Shown here piece by piece: positions 30,101-39,829 of a DNA stretch of 64,000 bases. The translations under genes and the position numbers were made by a program. The stretch lies in IMG/VR virus record IMGVR_UViG_3300031143_000003, positions 83,287 through 147,286 of that record, one strand, 5' to 3'. How positions within the stretch are numbered: position 1 is the stretch's first letter; every line of letters begins with the position of its first letter. Source of the DNA: a virus (Duplodnaviria > Heunggongvirae > Uroviricota > Caudoviricetes). The notes beneath the pieces are model-generated. The model saw only the letters and a program-made list of their open reading frames with translations, was not told the DNA's origin and did not search any database.

Positions 30101-30325
30101 AGACGTTAGTTCAATTAACTCTGGTGATATGTCAGTTTTACTATGTACAATATCTCCGCCTACATAGACAATAGCGTTTTTAGGAAGGCGATCGATCTCG
30201 TCATATAGTTGTTTGAATACAGCACGGTATTCCGCATGTCGCTGATAGTTTCGAATATGGATATCAGCCACGTGTAATATTTTGTCAATTTCATTAAATC
30301 CTACGTCTATTTTATTAAAATCCAA
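27179..30325 (-). CDS. Fused Mre11-Rad50 (SbcD-SbcC; T4 gp47+gp46 equivalent) recombination nuclease/ATPase
   Basis: 1048 aa. N-terminus has phosphoesterase motifs VADIH, GGDIVH, GNHD, GDIH (Mre11/SbcD). Then Walker A FAPNHAGKS, long coiled coils, zinc hook CEYC, signature SGME, Walker B LIIDEGF, H-loop IVSH (Rad50/SbcC). Confidence 0.85.
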   Translation of the reverse strand: MDFNKIDVGFNEIDKILHVADIHIRNYQRHAEYRAVFKQLYDEIDRLPKNAIVYVGGDIVHSKTDISPELIELTSEFFTNLADRRHTIVITGNHDANLNNSTRLDSLTPIISALNHPNLHYLKDSGVYHIANVHFTVFGIFDDPATFIKSDSFDAETKIALFHGAVDKSTTDKGYVVSNDNLPVTMFDGYDMSMLGDIHKRQFYDEAKTILQIGSTLQQNFGEAFENHGCGIWDVKSRTVEFVDFTNNYGYYTIDIADGVLPNISDIPKYPRVRLRTTNTTQAQIKELTKTIKTSCKTTDIVIIRNDRLDAQNKKTRKIVRDIRDVSYQNQLLDDYIRTNHNPDDETMRRIKNINRELNKRLLDADVSRGINWKPKTFEFDNMFSYGPNNKIDFSKANDVIGIFAPNHAGKSAIFDALMFCLFNKCSRTFSAANVMNNRLDTFNSKLNFEIDGVDYFVERRGKRNKDGKSVRVDVDFWMIDESGEKLSLNGEQRRYTDRNITGYLGIYEDFVLTAMSMQNNNTGFIDKPQPEKKNLLSKFLDIFVFEELFRLANDEIKSVQTLLRNFKNVDYAQKLIDAEYLLDEHVIAYDTLSAQQAKLTEDLDAAELSIKDKSAELKHVSVSTDLAAMQLTRSNVASDIVDHTDKLEKYSAYMETNKLKLDELATEMLSYDIVQLNTQHATMQTEQSNNRQIQQKIGIIKVNVQNKLTSISKLAKHEYDPNCEYCCNNDFVKSAEDAKIELLDDKLVVASLLAAKSDSDKLLQGAAKISDDIRAYSTLTNDQSKYIRYESEVVTKLERRRNALLESNRNLTDVDASIVIYYQNEAAIKHNISINLELSSLESNRSSIKGRISSQNIVLRNAFSSVSMAKQTIESIQTIIGDAHELELKLKSYEYYLDAIRRDGIPYEIIAETLPYIEEEVNNTLSQIVDFEIRFDVDGKDILSYIKYDDNMWPLEMTSGMEKFISSLAIRVALIKVSNLPRPNFLIIDEGFGNLDSTNISSLELLFGYLKTEFDFLMIVSHIDIMKDMVDSLIEIDVTDSTSLVQY

Positions 30326-31220
30326 ATCGCATCTCCACTATTTTTGTTAAATCCAATGATTCAGATTTATTAATTATTTCTTTCATTTTATCAAGTCCAA
30401 TATCACTTGGATCAGTGTCGTTTGGCAGTTCAATTAAATGTACGTCCACATCTAATCCTAGTAGATATTCGGATAGTCTCAGAGCTTCTTTCATAGCATC
30501 CTTATCTAATATTACATTAATCCGCCTTACCTTTTTGTCATTAATCTGTTGCTTGAGTTTTGGCGATAAAAACTTCCCAAACAATGGTATCGTATTTTCA
30601 CCTATTGCAAATGCATCAAAAACGCCTTCACATAGGTTTATGTCTTCTTTCCAGTTTATCAACATGTCGAATCCAATTATGTCTTTAGATACTTTTGGAT
30701 TTTTGTGCTTGTATGCGACTTCATAGTACGATCTACCAACGAAGTAGTTTAATATTCCGTTAGCATCGTAACTTGGCACAATAATATATCCTGCATAATA
30801 CCCAGATTCACAATATCCAATATTATGTCGTAATACGTCGACCTTAGATAATCCCCTATTGCGTAAATATGCCATTGCATTTTTGTATTCTGGACTATAT
30901 CGGTTACCGTTGATCATTGGTATGAACTCATATGGTAATACACATATCGTCGATAGTTTATCGGTTTCAACCGTTTGCTTCGGTGTGAGCAAGTTCAGCT
31001 CAGCAATCTTACTACCAGCTCCAACTGCCTTGAATATCCGGTGTATTCCAACACCCTTTATTCCACATACCCAACAGTGCCACCGATAGTTATTCAAATT
31101 GATGTTGAACTTCTTTTTTGGATGGGAGCAGTAAGGGCATGCAAAGGCTATTTCATTTTTGCTGATCTTTGCAATACCGAGTACTGCCTGCAGAAGATGA
31201 ATTAGCCTTTGTTTTTTCAT
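30315..31220 (-). CDS. DNA primase (zinc-ribbon plus TOPRIM, DnaG/T4 gp61 type)
   Basis: 301 aa. Zinc-binding CPYCSHPKKKFNINLNNYRWHCWVCG, TOPRIM-like EGVFDAFAI and ILDKD. 11-nt overlap with the SbcCD start. Confidence 0.7.
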   Translation of the reverse strand: MKKQRLIHLLQAVLGIAKISKNEIAFACPYCSHPKKKFNINLNNYRWHCWVCGIKGVGIHRIFKAVGAGSKIAELNLLTPKQTVETDKLSTICVLPYEFIPMINGNRYSPEYKNAMAYLRNRGLSKVDVLRHNIGYCESGYYAGYIIVPSYDANGILNYFVGRSYYEVAYKHKNPKVSKDIIGFDMLINWKEDINLCEGVFDAFAIGENTIPLFGKFLSPKLKQQINDKKVRRINVILDKDAMKEALRLSEYLLGLDVDVHLIELPNDTDPSDIGLDKMKEIINKSESLDLTKIVEMRFGF

Positions 31221-31248
31221 ATGTTTAAATATAAGAAAAAAAGTTGAA
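31221..31248 (-). promoter_or_regulatory. Short copy of the conserved early-type intergenic element upstream of primase
   Basis: atgtttaaatataagaaaaaaagttgaatt shares the aaatataag core and the downstream cttattttc box with the copies at 51-62 kb. It sits between the GIY-YIG and primase genes. Confidence 0.45.
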
Positions 31249-31692
31249 TTATGAAAATTTTATGGTGCTTATTTTCTCGAATGTTTGTTCTGTTAATCTA
31301 ACTCTGGCGAAGCGCCTAGGGCCTATGCAATCATTGTAAAAATCTGATTTTGCTGAAACATGGAATCGGTGGTGGATGTTTTCCTCAAGATAGTTTACCT
31401 GTCCCTTTGTTTCACCAAGTATCAATATCTCAAATGTGAAGTTGGATTTACCGAGTTTAGCTATATCTGAATTCAGTAGCTTGGATGATCCAGTGTATTC
31501 TCGCCAATTTGAATCCTTTCTAATAACCTTTCTGCGAGTTTTGCCTGGTACCTTTATTCGTCGAGTTGTACCAAAGTATTTTCTACCGACGTATTTTTTT
31601 CCAGTTTGATTGTTTGTTATTAAGTAAACAAAACCAAACATGTCTTCTGGGGTTTCACTCAGAATTGACCCATTATATAACCAATGTGACAT
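31249..31692 (-). CDS. GIY-YIG family endonuclease (free-standing, Seg-like homing endonuclease candidate)
   Basis: 147 aa. GFVYLITN...GKKYVGRK (GIY...YIG-like) with downstream conserved R/E/N positions. Inserted between primase and a structural gene. Confidence 0.6.
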   Translation of the reverse strand: MSHWLYNGSILSETPEDMFGFVYLITNNQTGKKYVGRKYFGTTRRIKVPGKTRRKVIRKDSNWREYTGSSKLLNSDIAKLGKSNFTFEILILGETKGQVNYLEENIHHRFHVSAKSDFYNDCIGPRRFARVRLTEQTFEKISTIKFS

Positions 31693-31700
31693 ATTGTCTC

Positions 31701-33356
31701 CTAATTTGTATCGAATCTGATCATGAATGATATATCATAATCGTCTGGCTTCTTAATTGGTTGAGCCATTTTACCTATTGCACATAGATCACCAGAATCA
31801 TTATATAGCCCAACCGATGTGATATATGGTGAGAACTCCGATTGTGTTACATGTGATCGCAAATCTTCGCTGTTTATATCGTATTTGTCACGCAATGTTA
31901 TGTTATATGAACTATTATATTCACCATCTAACACGTTGCATACATACATATGTTCAGTTACATTATGAGATCCCTTGAATGATAATTCATCGTATGCAGA
32001 TGAACTATGGTAAATATCCTTTCCACCAACCAATGGCGTTGTTATTGTTGCAATACCATGCTCGTACATTATATTTCCAACCCTATTTGTGTTGTTTACA
32101 GATGAATAGTTTGAAGTACGTTCAGCCGATGTTAGCGATCTATCGAAGAATTTAACTTCATCTATTTCGCCAGTGAATGGATACGCTATGTTTTCTCCGG
32201 TCCAGCCATCGTCTATTGAATAATGCTTAAATCCACATCGTCTACCTCCAACGTGGATTGGTATGTCATTGGATGTTGTTACGCCAATTGCAGTATCGGT
32301 TGCCGTTACTGGTGTGCCATTGTCAATATATAGTTCAATTGTTGATCCATTTTTCTGAACTAGGCAATGGTGAAGTGTAGAATCATTATATGTTGCTGCT
32401 GAAAATATTTGCATTAAGCCTGATCCAGACTTGCTTTCACGTTTAAATATGATTTTTCCATCTGCATTAGATCGGTCGTTTGCAATAGATATATCGAATG
32501 GAATATGATTTCCAGTAAAACCAGCCTTTGATAACATTGAATTAACGTATACATTTGATAGTGCTCGTTCTCCACTTGGCGTTGGACGTCCAATGTAGCT
32601 TCGGGTCGACGACTGAGCTGTTGGAGCCTTAAACCAAAATGATATTGCAAAATCATCATCAAATGAGATATCAGCTGATCCATCAATTCGTATTACGCTA
32701 TTCGTTGATTCTTGTGACGATATTGTTCCGTGGAACTTTGCAGCCTTTCCCCATTTCCCATCAACAAACTGTATGTTTTGAGCTGCTGATGATAATTGTA
32801 GTTGGCCTTCAGTTTTCAGTGTAGTTGTTACAGATGTTTGATTAAATCTATACCCTTCCCATAAACCGAGATGTAGCGTTGTATGCTCATTTGATATATA
32901 ATCATTTGTGTCGGTTGAGTCGTATAGATTACCGAATCCGTCATCCAATATCACAACTGATCCAGATGTTAGCTTGAATGATTTTGCATGCAGCTTGTCA
33001 CCAAATATCTGTCTTGGAATGGATATGACTGTTACCTTGCTTGAATATTCACGTATTTGCTTGTTTGGATTCTCATTACAGTATACATCGTATCTATTGT
33101 CGTTTCCTGCATAATACAGCTTGTCAATCGATGCATGGATCAATCGCTTGTATTGGCCATTTGATGTGGTTGCATATGTAGTTGCTGATTCAATTGGATG
33201 ATCTGATATATTGAAGTCGCCTATTGCATATTCTCCATCGTATGTAATTACACCAAGATCAGTGGCATTAGCCAAGGTTACGTTCCACTGTTTATGTGCA
33301 GTGTAAGGCGTAACCTTTATATTATCCTTATTTAGATCCTTAAATACTAAGCCCAT
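31701..33356 (-). CDS. Structural/receptor-binding-like protein with concanavalin-A/LamG-like domain (551 aa)
   Basis: Motif FTGEIDEVKFFDRSLTSAER is typical of LamG/ConA-like jelly rolls. C-terminal ITSVGLYNDSGDLCAIGKMAQPIKK is paralogous to the C-terminus of the next gene. Confidence 0.55.
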   Translation of the reverse strand: MGLVFKDLNKDNIKVTPYTAHKQWNVTLANATDLGVITYDGEYAIGDFNISDHPIESATTYATTSNGQYKRLIHASIDKLYYAGNDNRYDVYCNENPNKQIREYSSKVTVISIPRQIFGDKLHAKSFKLTSGSVVILDDGFGNLYDSTDTNDYISNEHTTLHLGLWEGYRFNQTSVTTTLKTEGQLQLSSAAQNIQFVDGKWGKAAKFHGTISSQESTNSVIRIDGSADISFDDDFAISFWFKAPTAQSSTRSYIGRPTPSGERALSNVYVNSMLSKAGFTGNHIPFDISIANDRSNADGKIIFKRESKSGSGLMQIFSAATYNDSTLHHCLVQKNGSTIELYIDNGTPVTATDTAIGVTTSNDIPIHVGGRRCGFKHYSIDDGWTGENIAYPFTGEIDEVKFFDRSLTSAERTSNYSSVNNTNRVGNIMYEHGIATITTPLVGGKDIYHSSSAYDELSFKGSHNVTEHMYVCNVLDGEYNSSYNITLRDKYDINSEDLRSHVTQSEFSPYITSVGLYNDSGDLCAIGKMAQPIKKPDDYDISFMIRFDTN

Positions 33357-33372
33357 TAAAACTCCTTAATAT

Positions 33373-34449
33373 TTAGTAATCTAATTTTACGCGGATAGTT
33401 GCTTCTCTTGTGAAGTTTTTAAGTAGTGGCTTAGACAGTTTTGCAACTGCAACTAATTCATTTTCGTCACTATATAATCCAACAGTTGTTATATATGTTT
33501 GTGGATCATTTATCATTTCAACATGCTTTAAGTTTCCTGATCCTGTTACAAATGTATTGTTGTTTGTAAAATTGTATTCAGAATTTTTAACTCTAATAAA
33601 GTAATGCGTTGATGAAATATCCTCTTCAGCGCGAGCTTTAAATGACGATAATGCAGTAATCATATTTGTTTTCATGGCTGCGTCTACGTCTAATACTGGA
33701 GCTGGAAAGTATCCGTTTAATCCGCTTGTATCATCCATCTTATCAACACTTAATGCAATTATACCTAATTCTGGATAGAATAATCCATATTCAGTGTGTT
33801 GTGGAGATGACGCAATAGTTGTACCAGATCCAGATACAACTGAATATACTTTCTTGCCATTTTTAGCCATTGCTGGAACAGTTGAACTGTTATCGATTAA
33901 GCTAATTGTGTCTGCACCATTTTCTAGGTCAATATCCCAATTTCCCTTATTTGCTTTTTCCTTGTATCTAGCTCGATTGAACGTGATGAACATCATGTCA
34001 GTTTCATCGTCGCCATCTATTGTAAACTTATCGTCACCTGGTTCCAATAATAGATTTGCAAACTGAGTGTATATTGCTTTAGCTGGAGACATACTAGCAT
34101 CACTTGCACCTGAACTGGTTACAGCACCTGCGCCATCGATGTTTCCATATGCTATACTAAATTGTGGAGTAGCAGTAGCGTCAGTTGCTGGGTCAGTTGA
34201 GTATACCTCAAATTGGTATTTTCCACCTGCGGATGCAACTTGATCTGATGATGTATAGAATGAGGTTAGTGTTGAATCGGCGTCATTTGTAAACATTGCT
34301 GATGTTATACCTTTTGCAACGTCGGATTCAACAACATCGTCTTCATTAAAGTTTTGAAATACTCGCATGTTAATTCCACGCTTTGCCTTTCTAAGTCTAC
34401 GTGAAACTAATGCTTGTTTGTCTATTCCGGATCTAAATCTATTTGCCAT
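33373..34449 (-). CDS. Structural protein, C-terminal paralogue of the 551-aa protein (358 aa)
   Basis: C-terminus ITTVGLYSDENELVAVAKLSKPLLKNF matches ...SVGLYNDSGDLCAIGKMAQPIKK of the 551-aa protein. Confidence 0.5.
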   Translation of the reverse strand: MANRFRSGIDKQALVSRRLRKAKRGINMRVFQNFNEDDVVESDVAKGITSAMFTNDADSTLTSFYTSSDQVASAGGKYQFEVYSTDPATDATATPQFSIAYGNIDGAGAVTSSGASDASMSPAKAIYTQFANLLLEPGDDKFTIDGDDETDMMFITFNRARYKEKANKGNWDIDLENGADTISLIDNSSTVPAMAKNGKKVYSVVSGSGTTIASSPQHTEYGLFYPELGIIALSVDKMDDTSGLNGYFPAPVLDVDAAMKTNMITALSSFKARAEEDISSTHYFIRVKNSEYNFTNNNTFVTGSGNLKHVEMINDPQTYITTVGLYSDENELVAVAKLSKPLLKNFTREATIRVKLDY

Positions 34450-34458
34450 CTTTGTGTC

Positions 34459-35109
34459 CTATAGTCCCTTTGTTATAATATCAATTGTTGGATCTTTTTT
34501 GATTGTTAGTGGAATAGTTATAGTTCCACCAGTTTCATTTCCAATAATTGTTATAGTTGTGCTAGCATCAGCTGTTACTGATTTAGCTGTGATGTTAAAT
34601 TTTGTACCAACAATTGATACAGAGTTTGCTGCGTTATCGCCAATTGCTGAATATGTTGTGGCATTTTCTACTTCTCCACCAGGTGCAACTGATATTGTTG
34701 CCATATTTGCGTTTGATAGTATACATGTATAACCTAATGATCGGTTACCGTTTGATACATTTGAAGTCGACGGATGTATTACACTAACTAAACCTGGACG
34801 GTTTAATGTGATAGATGATACACCAGCTTCTACTAATGGAAGCTTAACTGTATTTTTCGGTAGAGATATTAGTTTAGATCGCATCATTTGATTTTCATCA
34901 GCAAATGCTTCTAATATCGGCATATTTTCAATTGCCTCACCGTAATAATTTGTACCTAGAGAATGGTTTGGATCCCATAGTCTATAATCGATTTCGTCGT
35001 CACCTAATGCAAACTTTGTTATTTCAAGTGCGCCTTCAGATAAAAGTTGACGTCCTTTTTTTGTTAAAATTGCATCAACTGTTAGTGTTGTGTTGTCTAA
35101 ATATCCCAT
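34459..35109 (-). CDS. Hypothetical structural protein (216 aa)
   Basis: ORF in the structural block. SD-like TAGGA upstream. Confidence 0.45.
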   Translation of the reverse strand: MGYLDNTTLTVDAILTKKGRQLLSEGALEITKFALGDDEIDYRLWDPNHSLGTNYYGEAIENMPILEAFADENQMMRSKLISLPKNTVKLPLVEAGVSSITLNRPGLVSVIHPSTSNVSNGNRSLGYTCILSNANMATISVAPGGEVENATTYSAIGDNAANSVSIVGTKFNITAKSVTADASTTITIIGNETGGTITIPLTIKKDPTIDIITKGL

Positions 35110-35151
35110 TTTAATGTCCTATCTTGTGAATTCTTTATAATAAATATATGG

Positions 35152-38100
35152 TTAAACTATTTTTATGTCTCCGCTGTGTGATGTATTATCAGTTATGAGC
35201 TTATTTGGATTCGTTTCAAATACTTCCACAACTGGTTTACCATCAACAGTGTCCGGACTGTCAATATTAAAATCGTCACTAGTCATTTTGCAGCCTTCAA
35301 CAATTAGGTTGTTCATGCCGGTAAAATCAGTTTGCAATTGAGCAGCATGAGTCAAGCCGTTTGACTGATATTTGCTATTATTGCGTGAATTGCTTGCGTT
35401 TTGCATTAGTCCATCAGTGTCACATTTTATGACATTTAGATTGAGTTTAGCAGGAACATACGACGTCCAATGCTTATGTGTTGCTGCGCCAGCTGCGTCA
35501 TATAATTGTGTACCTACCGCATTTGGCATATTTCCAACTATTCCATCTTCAACCACGTTGATTTTGCATTGGTGATGCATATCTTCATATGATATTACCG
35601 GCTCAGTTACGATTTTTGGACGTTCTAACATTGTCTGTTTAACAACTAGTCCAACAATTTTATTTGCTCGAGCAGGTAACATACTTTCTATTTGTTTGAA
35701 CAATGCAGTATTGAAATACTTGACCATTCTCATGAATGCCCATATATTTTGTTTACCATTGTACTTTTTAAAATATGCGTTTCTAAATTGGGCTAACCCA
35801 GTATATTCTGATTTATGATTATCTCTAGGGTCTCCAACTATGTCGTCGATCGATAACCCACCGAATTGTAATGATATATCTGCATCTAATTCAGCTTGTG
35901 GAGAGAATCCAACAAATAATAAATTTGAATCAATTGGATTATTCATTCCAGAACTAACCTCTACACTTTCATTTGGATGTAGGTCGCCAACTGCAACATT
36001 ATCTTCTACTCTAATTTTGTTTGCTAAGCCTCGCATACCAATTGAATTTGGTACTGGAGTAAAATAATCTTCTTCGTTGTATGTCCAAGCAAACGTTCCA
36101 TTTATGGTTGCTGTTCTAGTCGTTGATTGATTTGGATGCGAAGATGAAATATTTGCAACTGTTACATCTGGACGATTTGTGTCTGCTCCCATTGGTAATC
36201 TAAATAATAGATTGTCATATGATCCAGTATATGAATTACCAAGTATACTAACTGGAGCCTTTGTGTGCACATCAATTACATCATCAGATAATTCATTATC
36301 CCATAATCTAACTTCCTGCATATGTCCATTAAAAAAGCCAACTACATTATTTGTATCATTGTACTTTGCTGCCGATGATGATTTTCCAATATCAAAATAT
36401 TCTATGCCGCCATCAGTCCATCCATATGGTGTAAGTGGAGCTGGTACAGATGATTTTGCAGCATGCGTTATTCTGGATCCAGCATGATCTGGCGATTTTT
36501 GACAGGCTAATGAAATATTTCCAGTTATATCGTCACGTTTGACTGAAACGTTCCACCAATCATTATCATATATTGGTAATCTTGCTAGTGACGTTGACGC
36601 ATACGTTATAACCGTTGGTGAGGTTGTTTTGGTTACAGCTGTTGAATACTTAACTATACCGTATTGTCCAGATGATTCTGGCTCAATCCATAGTGATGAT
36701 GCTGGAATTCCAGCAATGTTATATGATGTTGCACATAATGACATTGTTGCAATAGTATTTGTTTTAAATCTTAATTCAATTGTGTTTATTGGTGTAGTAT
36801 TGTAATTATTGTCCCAATCTGTTCGTAAATATGAATCGGTACCATTGAATTTCAACATGTATCCGGCTTGAAGTATTTCATTGTTACTGCCAATGGATGA
36901 ATCAATTGGATCTGGACCACCGAATTCCTGTATTTTTAGTATTGTGGATGGTATACCGTAGCATGACATTAACGCTTTTACGCCTCTAGCCGTTCCCTTT
37001 GTCTTTAGTAAGTATGGTAAGTTATTAAGTATTCTTGACCATGGTTCCGCCTCTATGTCTTGTATTGACATTGTTTCACCAGTAACGGTTTTTATTGTTG
37101 CTCCATTTGGATATTCAGCCGATGATGTTTCAACAGTGTTTGTTCCAGTTTTGTTTGTACCTAAATAATATGACCATATGTTTGATAAATCTAAACCAGA
37201 TTCTGGCTTCCAGCCGAATGAAGATAGCACGTCAAATAATAGATCCTTTGATAGTCCAACATTAACGTCCTCATCTTTACTGTGTATGTTTTTCAAATGA
37301 TCAACATGATTATATACTTCATCAAAATGCTGTGAGACCATGTCAACAAATAATACGTATCCATTATTTCCACTGTCCAATTTTATATGCAATGGAATTG
37401 TACTTCTAAGTGAATTATCATTTGCTAAATCATAATCTGCCGCAATTGCCATTTGATTATCAAACCAATCCGTTGATGCAACGTCTAATGTGCTAGCAAC
37501 TGTATACGGTTTAGTTTGAGTAGTCTTTGGCCATGTCGTATCTGGATGTGTGCCATATGTATCAGTATATTCTGATGCGGAGTTAAAGTACATATGTTGC
37601 TCATAGCCATCAAATGTTCCAACTAATTTTGCTATTTTGTCATCCATATCAGTCTTAACTGCAATGTAATAGCTTGATCCAGTTGCTGATGACGTTATGT
37701 TTGATTTTGTCGATTTGTATGATTCTATTAACTGTAGCTTATATTTGAAGTTACGTAATCGTTCTTCAGCTGAACTGAAGTGGACAAAGTTTTCATATGA
37801 TGAATAATCTATATTAAGTGTTGCACCTAAACTACCACTAAATACCTTGTCGACTACTCTACTATTTGTTTCAACATCTGCTGAAAGTATGTCATTCCAC
37901 GATGATAATGCAGTTGGTTTTCCAATTTCCCTATTTACATCAAGGGTTAGATTTGGGCCTCTAAGTATATTAAAATCTTCTGGTGCAGATGGATCGTCTA
38001 ATTGTATTGTGAATTGTATTTCAAATGGATTGATTATATCGTCAAATAATTGAACAGTATCTCCAGCCTTAATACTTCTAGGTAAATCGTCTGCTACCTT

Positions 38101-38601
38101 AACAATAATTGTTGATTCATTATTGTGCGTATCTTCAGTCCAATTGATTAATCTAATTGTTCCAGCTTTATCATGAACTAGACGTAATGTTTTATATCCG
38201 TCATCATCTTTATCACGTATACCAACCAACGCTGCATCATCTGTCCAGCCATCCAATCTAAGTTCAGTTTTGTTTCTAGATATTTCATCAACTCTAACGT
38301 CAACATTTGGATATATCGGATTGCGCAAGATTGATGTTTGTATGCGATAAAATCCAGATACAAATCCAAGTGTATTAACCAATATATCATAATAATCAAT
38401 ATTAATTGATCCACCCAATATTTCAATATTGTCGATCGCAGGTATAGTCACATTTTCAATGAAATTTTCACCAGAATATATGTCCAGATGTAGAACATCA
38501 TTTTGATCCAATTCAAATTGTGATATTGAATTTTCAGTCGATGCTAGCTTTGATTCCAAATCTACATTGAAATAATCTATGTCATTAATTAGTTCTGCCA
38601 T
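35152..38601 (-). CDS. Giant baseplate/fibre-associated protein with LamG-like domain (1149 aa)
   Basis: FFNGHMQEVRLWDNELSDDVIDVH is a LamG/ConA-like motif. Start overlaps the upstream gene's stop. Confidence 0.55.
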   Translation of the reverse strand: MAELINDIDYFNVDLESKLASTENSISQFELDQNDVLHLDIYSGENFIENVTIPAIDNIEILGGSINIDYYDILVNTLGFVSGFYRIQTSILRNPIYPNVDVRVDEISRNKTELRLDGWTDDAALVGIRDKDDDGYKTLRLVHDKAGTIRLINWTEDTHNNESTIIVKVADDLPRSIKAGDTVQLFDDIINPFEIQFTIQLDDPSAPEDFNILRGPNLTLDVNREIGKPTALSSWNDILSADVETNSRVVDKVFSGSLGATLNIDYSSYENFVHFSSAEERLRNFKYKLQLIESYKSTKSNITSSATGSSYYIAVKTDMDDKIAKLVGTFDGYEQHMYFNSASEYTDTYGTHPDTTWPKTTQTKPYTVASTLDVASTDWFDNQMAIAADYDLANDNSLRSTIPLHIKLDSGNNGYVLFVDMVSQHFDEVYNHVDHLKNIHSKDEDVNVGLSKDLLFDVLSSFGWKPESGLDLSNIWSYYLGTNKTGTNTVETSSAEYPNGATIKTVTGETMSIQDIEAEPWSRILNNLPYLLKTKGTARGVKALMSCYGIPSTILKIQEFGGPDPIDSSIGSNNEILQAGYMLKFNGTDSYLRTDWDNNYNTTPINTIELRFKTNTIATMSLCATSYNIAGIPASSLWIEPESSGQYGIVKYSTAVTKTTSPTVITYASTSLARLPIYDNDWWNVSVKRDDITGNISLACQKSPDHAGSRITHAAKSSVPAPLTPYGWTDGGIEYFDIGKSSSAAKYNDTNNVVGFFNGHMQEVRLWDNELSDDVIDVHTKAPVSILGNSYTGSYDNLLFRLPMGADTNRPDVTVANISSSHPNQSTTRTATINGTFAWTYNEEDYFTPVPNSIGMRGLANKIRVEDNVAVGDLHPNESVEVSSGMNNPIDSNLLFVGFSPQAELDADISLQFGGLSIDDIVGDPRDNHKSEYTGLAQFRNAYFKKYNGKQNIWAFMRMVKYFNTALFKQIESMLPARANKIVGLVVKQTMLERPKIVTEPVISYEDMHHQCKINVVEDGIVGNMPNAVGTQLYDAAGAATHKHWTSYVPAKLNLNVIKCDTDGLMQNASNSRNNSKYQSNGLTHAAQLQTDFTGMNNLIVEGCKMTSDDFNIDSPDTVDGKPVVEVFETNPNKLITDNTSHSGDIKIV

Positions 38602-39827
38602 TATGAGCTCGTGTATGGAATAGTTATGTTATTAATCGTTTTATATGATATATTCGGATCAGACGGTACCTGTATATCGTATATCCTATGGTAGGTTCGT
38701 GTATGCTTCTTCCTAAATGGCCAAGCGCCAGAGTAAAACTTATATTTGTATCTAAATTCAAATTTAGTAGTTGAATTTCCTGGTGCCGACCAAGTTATAT
38801 CGGTTGGTTCATCATGGAATCGATATGCTCTATGACTATTTGATTTTCCAGCAAATACGCTACTAGCCTTTACCCAATTACCACTGTCTACTCTATATTG
38901 TGCCTCATAAACCCATCTTGAATCAGATGGATCCTTCTTGAATTTGGATTTTGCAGAATGACCTGATCCATATGAGTTGAATGTTATGCCTTTTACAGTT
39001 ATATCTCGATTCGCTGTCATTGGATCATAGTGTTTTGACCATGGGGTAGTTGATTTAGCCATGAACTTTGAATTATCAAATGCATTCCAATATCCATCTC
39101 TAGCACGCTTAGTATGTACTCCATCGTATCGTACATCATCAGCTACTAAGAATTTCAGAGTTTCACTAATGCTACCAAATTCATTTGATACAGTGCATAC
39201 TAATGTTTTATATGTTGTTACTTCGCTATGTTTAGGTCCCTGTGATTCGGCATTATTTAGCATGAACTGCGGGGAGGTGGATACAATGTTTCCATCTAAT
39301 TTCCATTCCCACGTTAGTCCATCTAATACTGGTTCATTGTTCTTATCAATGTAATTTACTACACTATGTGGTAGGAATAATGCGTGTTCATCTGTTGCAT
39401 ATAAGAATACTGGATTTACTGGGTTCGCATATTTGCCACTTGACGCTATTCCGGCTGGCGTAAATGCATCATGTCCGCCCCATTTATCTGATACGTTTGT
39501 TCCATCTACAGTTATCCAGTGCCAGTTTGTAGCAGTTATAGCTAATGACATTGGAGGTTTTCTTGATGCAAGAGGTCCTTCGGTAACAAGTTGCCATATC
39601 TTAGTGTCTATAAACTTTTCAACCGTCTCAGTTGTAAATGATGACCTAATTATTGGTACATTTACAACATTAACATGATCCGGACTATCACTAATTATGA
39701 CAACTGTATCAAGTATGGTTGTCAGATTGCTATTATCAGTTGTTGGCATATCAACCATTGTTTGGTATGAATGTTCCTTTGACTCAACTAGCCTATCTGC
39801 AGTTGGAGCGTTGTCATTTTGTTTCAA
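38601..39827 (-). CDS. Baseplate/wedge-associated structural protein (408 aa)
   Basis: ORF immediately downstream of the gp6/gp25 baseplate genes. Confidence 0.45.
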   Translation of the reverse strand: MKQNDNAPTADRLVESKEHSYQTMVDMPTTDNSNLTTILDTVVIISDSPDHVNVVNVPIIRSSFTTETVEKFIDTKIWQLVTEGPLASRKPPMSLAITATNWHWITVDGTNVSDKWGGHDAFTPAGIASSGKYANPVNPVFLYATDEHALFLPHSVVNYIDKNNEPVLDGLTWEWKLDGNIVSTSPQFMLNNAESQGPKHSEVTTYKTLVCTVSNEFGSISETLKFLVADDVRYDGVHTKRARDGYWNAFDNSKFMAKSTTPWSKHYDPMTANRDITVKGITFNSYGSGHSAKSKFKKDPSDSRWVYEAQYRVDSGNWVKASSVFAGKSNSHRAYRFHDEPTDITWSAPGNSTTKFEFRYKYKFYSGAWPFRKKHTRTYHRIYDIQVPSDPNISYKTINNITIPYTSS

Positions 39828-39829
39828 TA

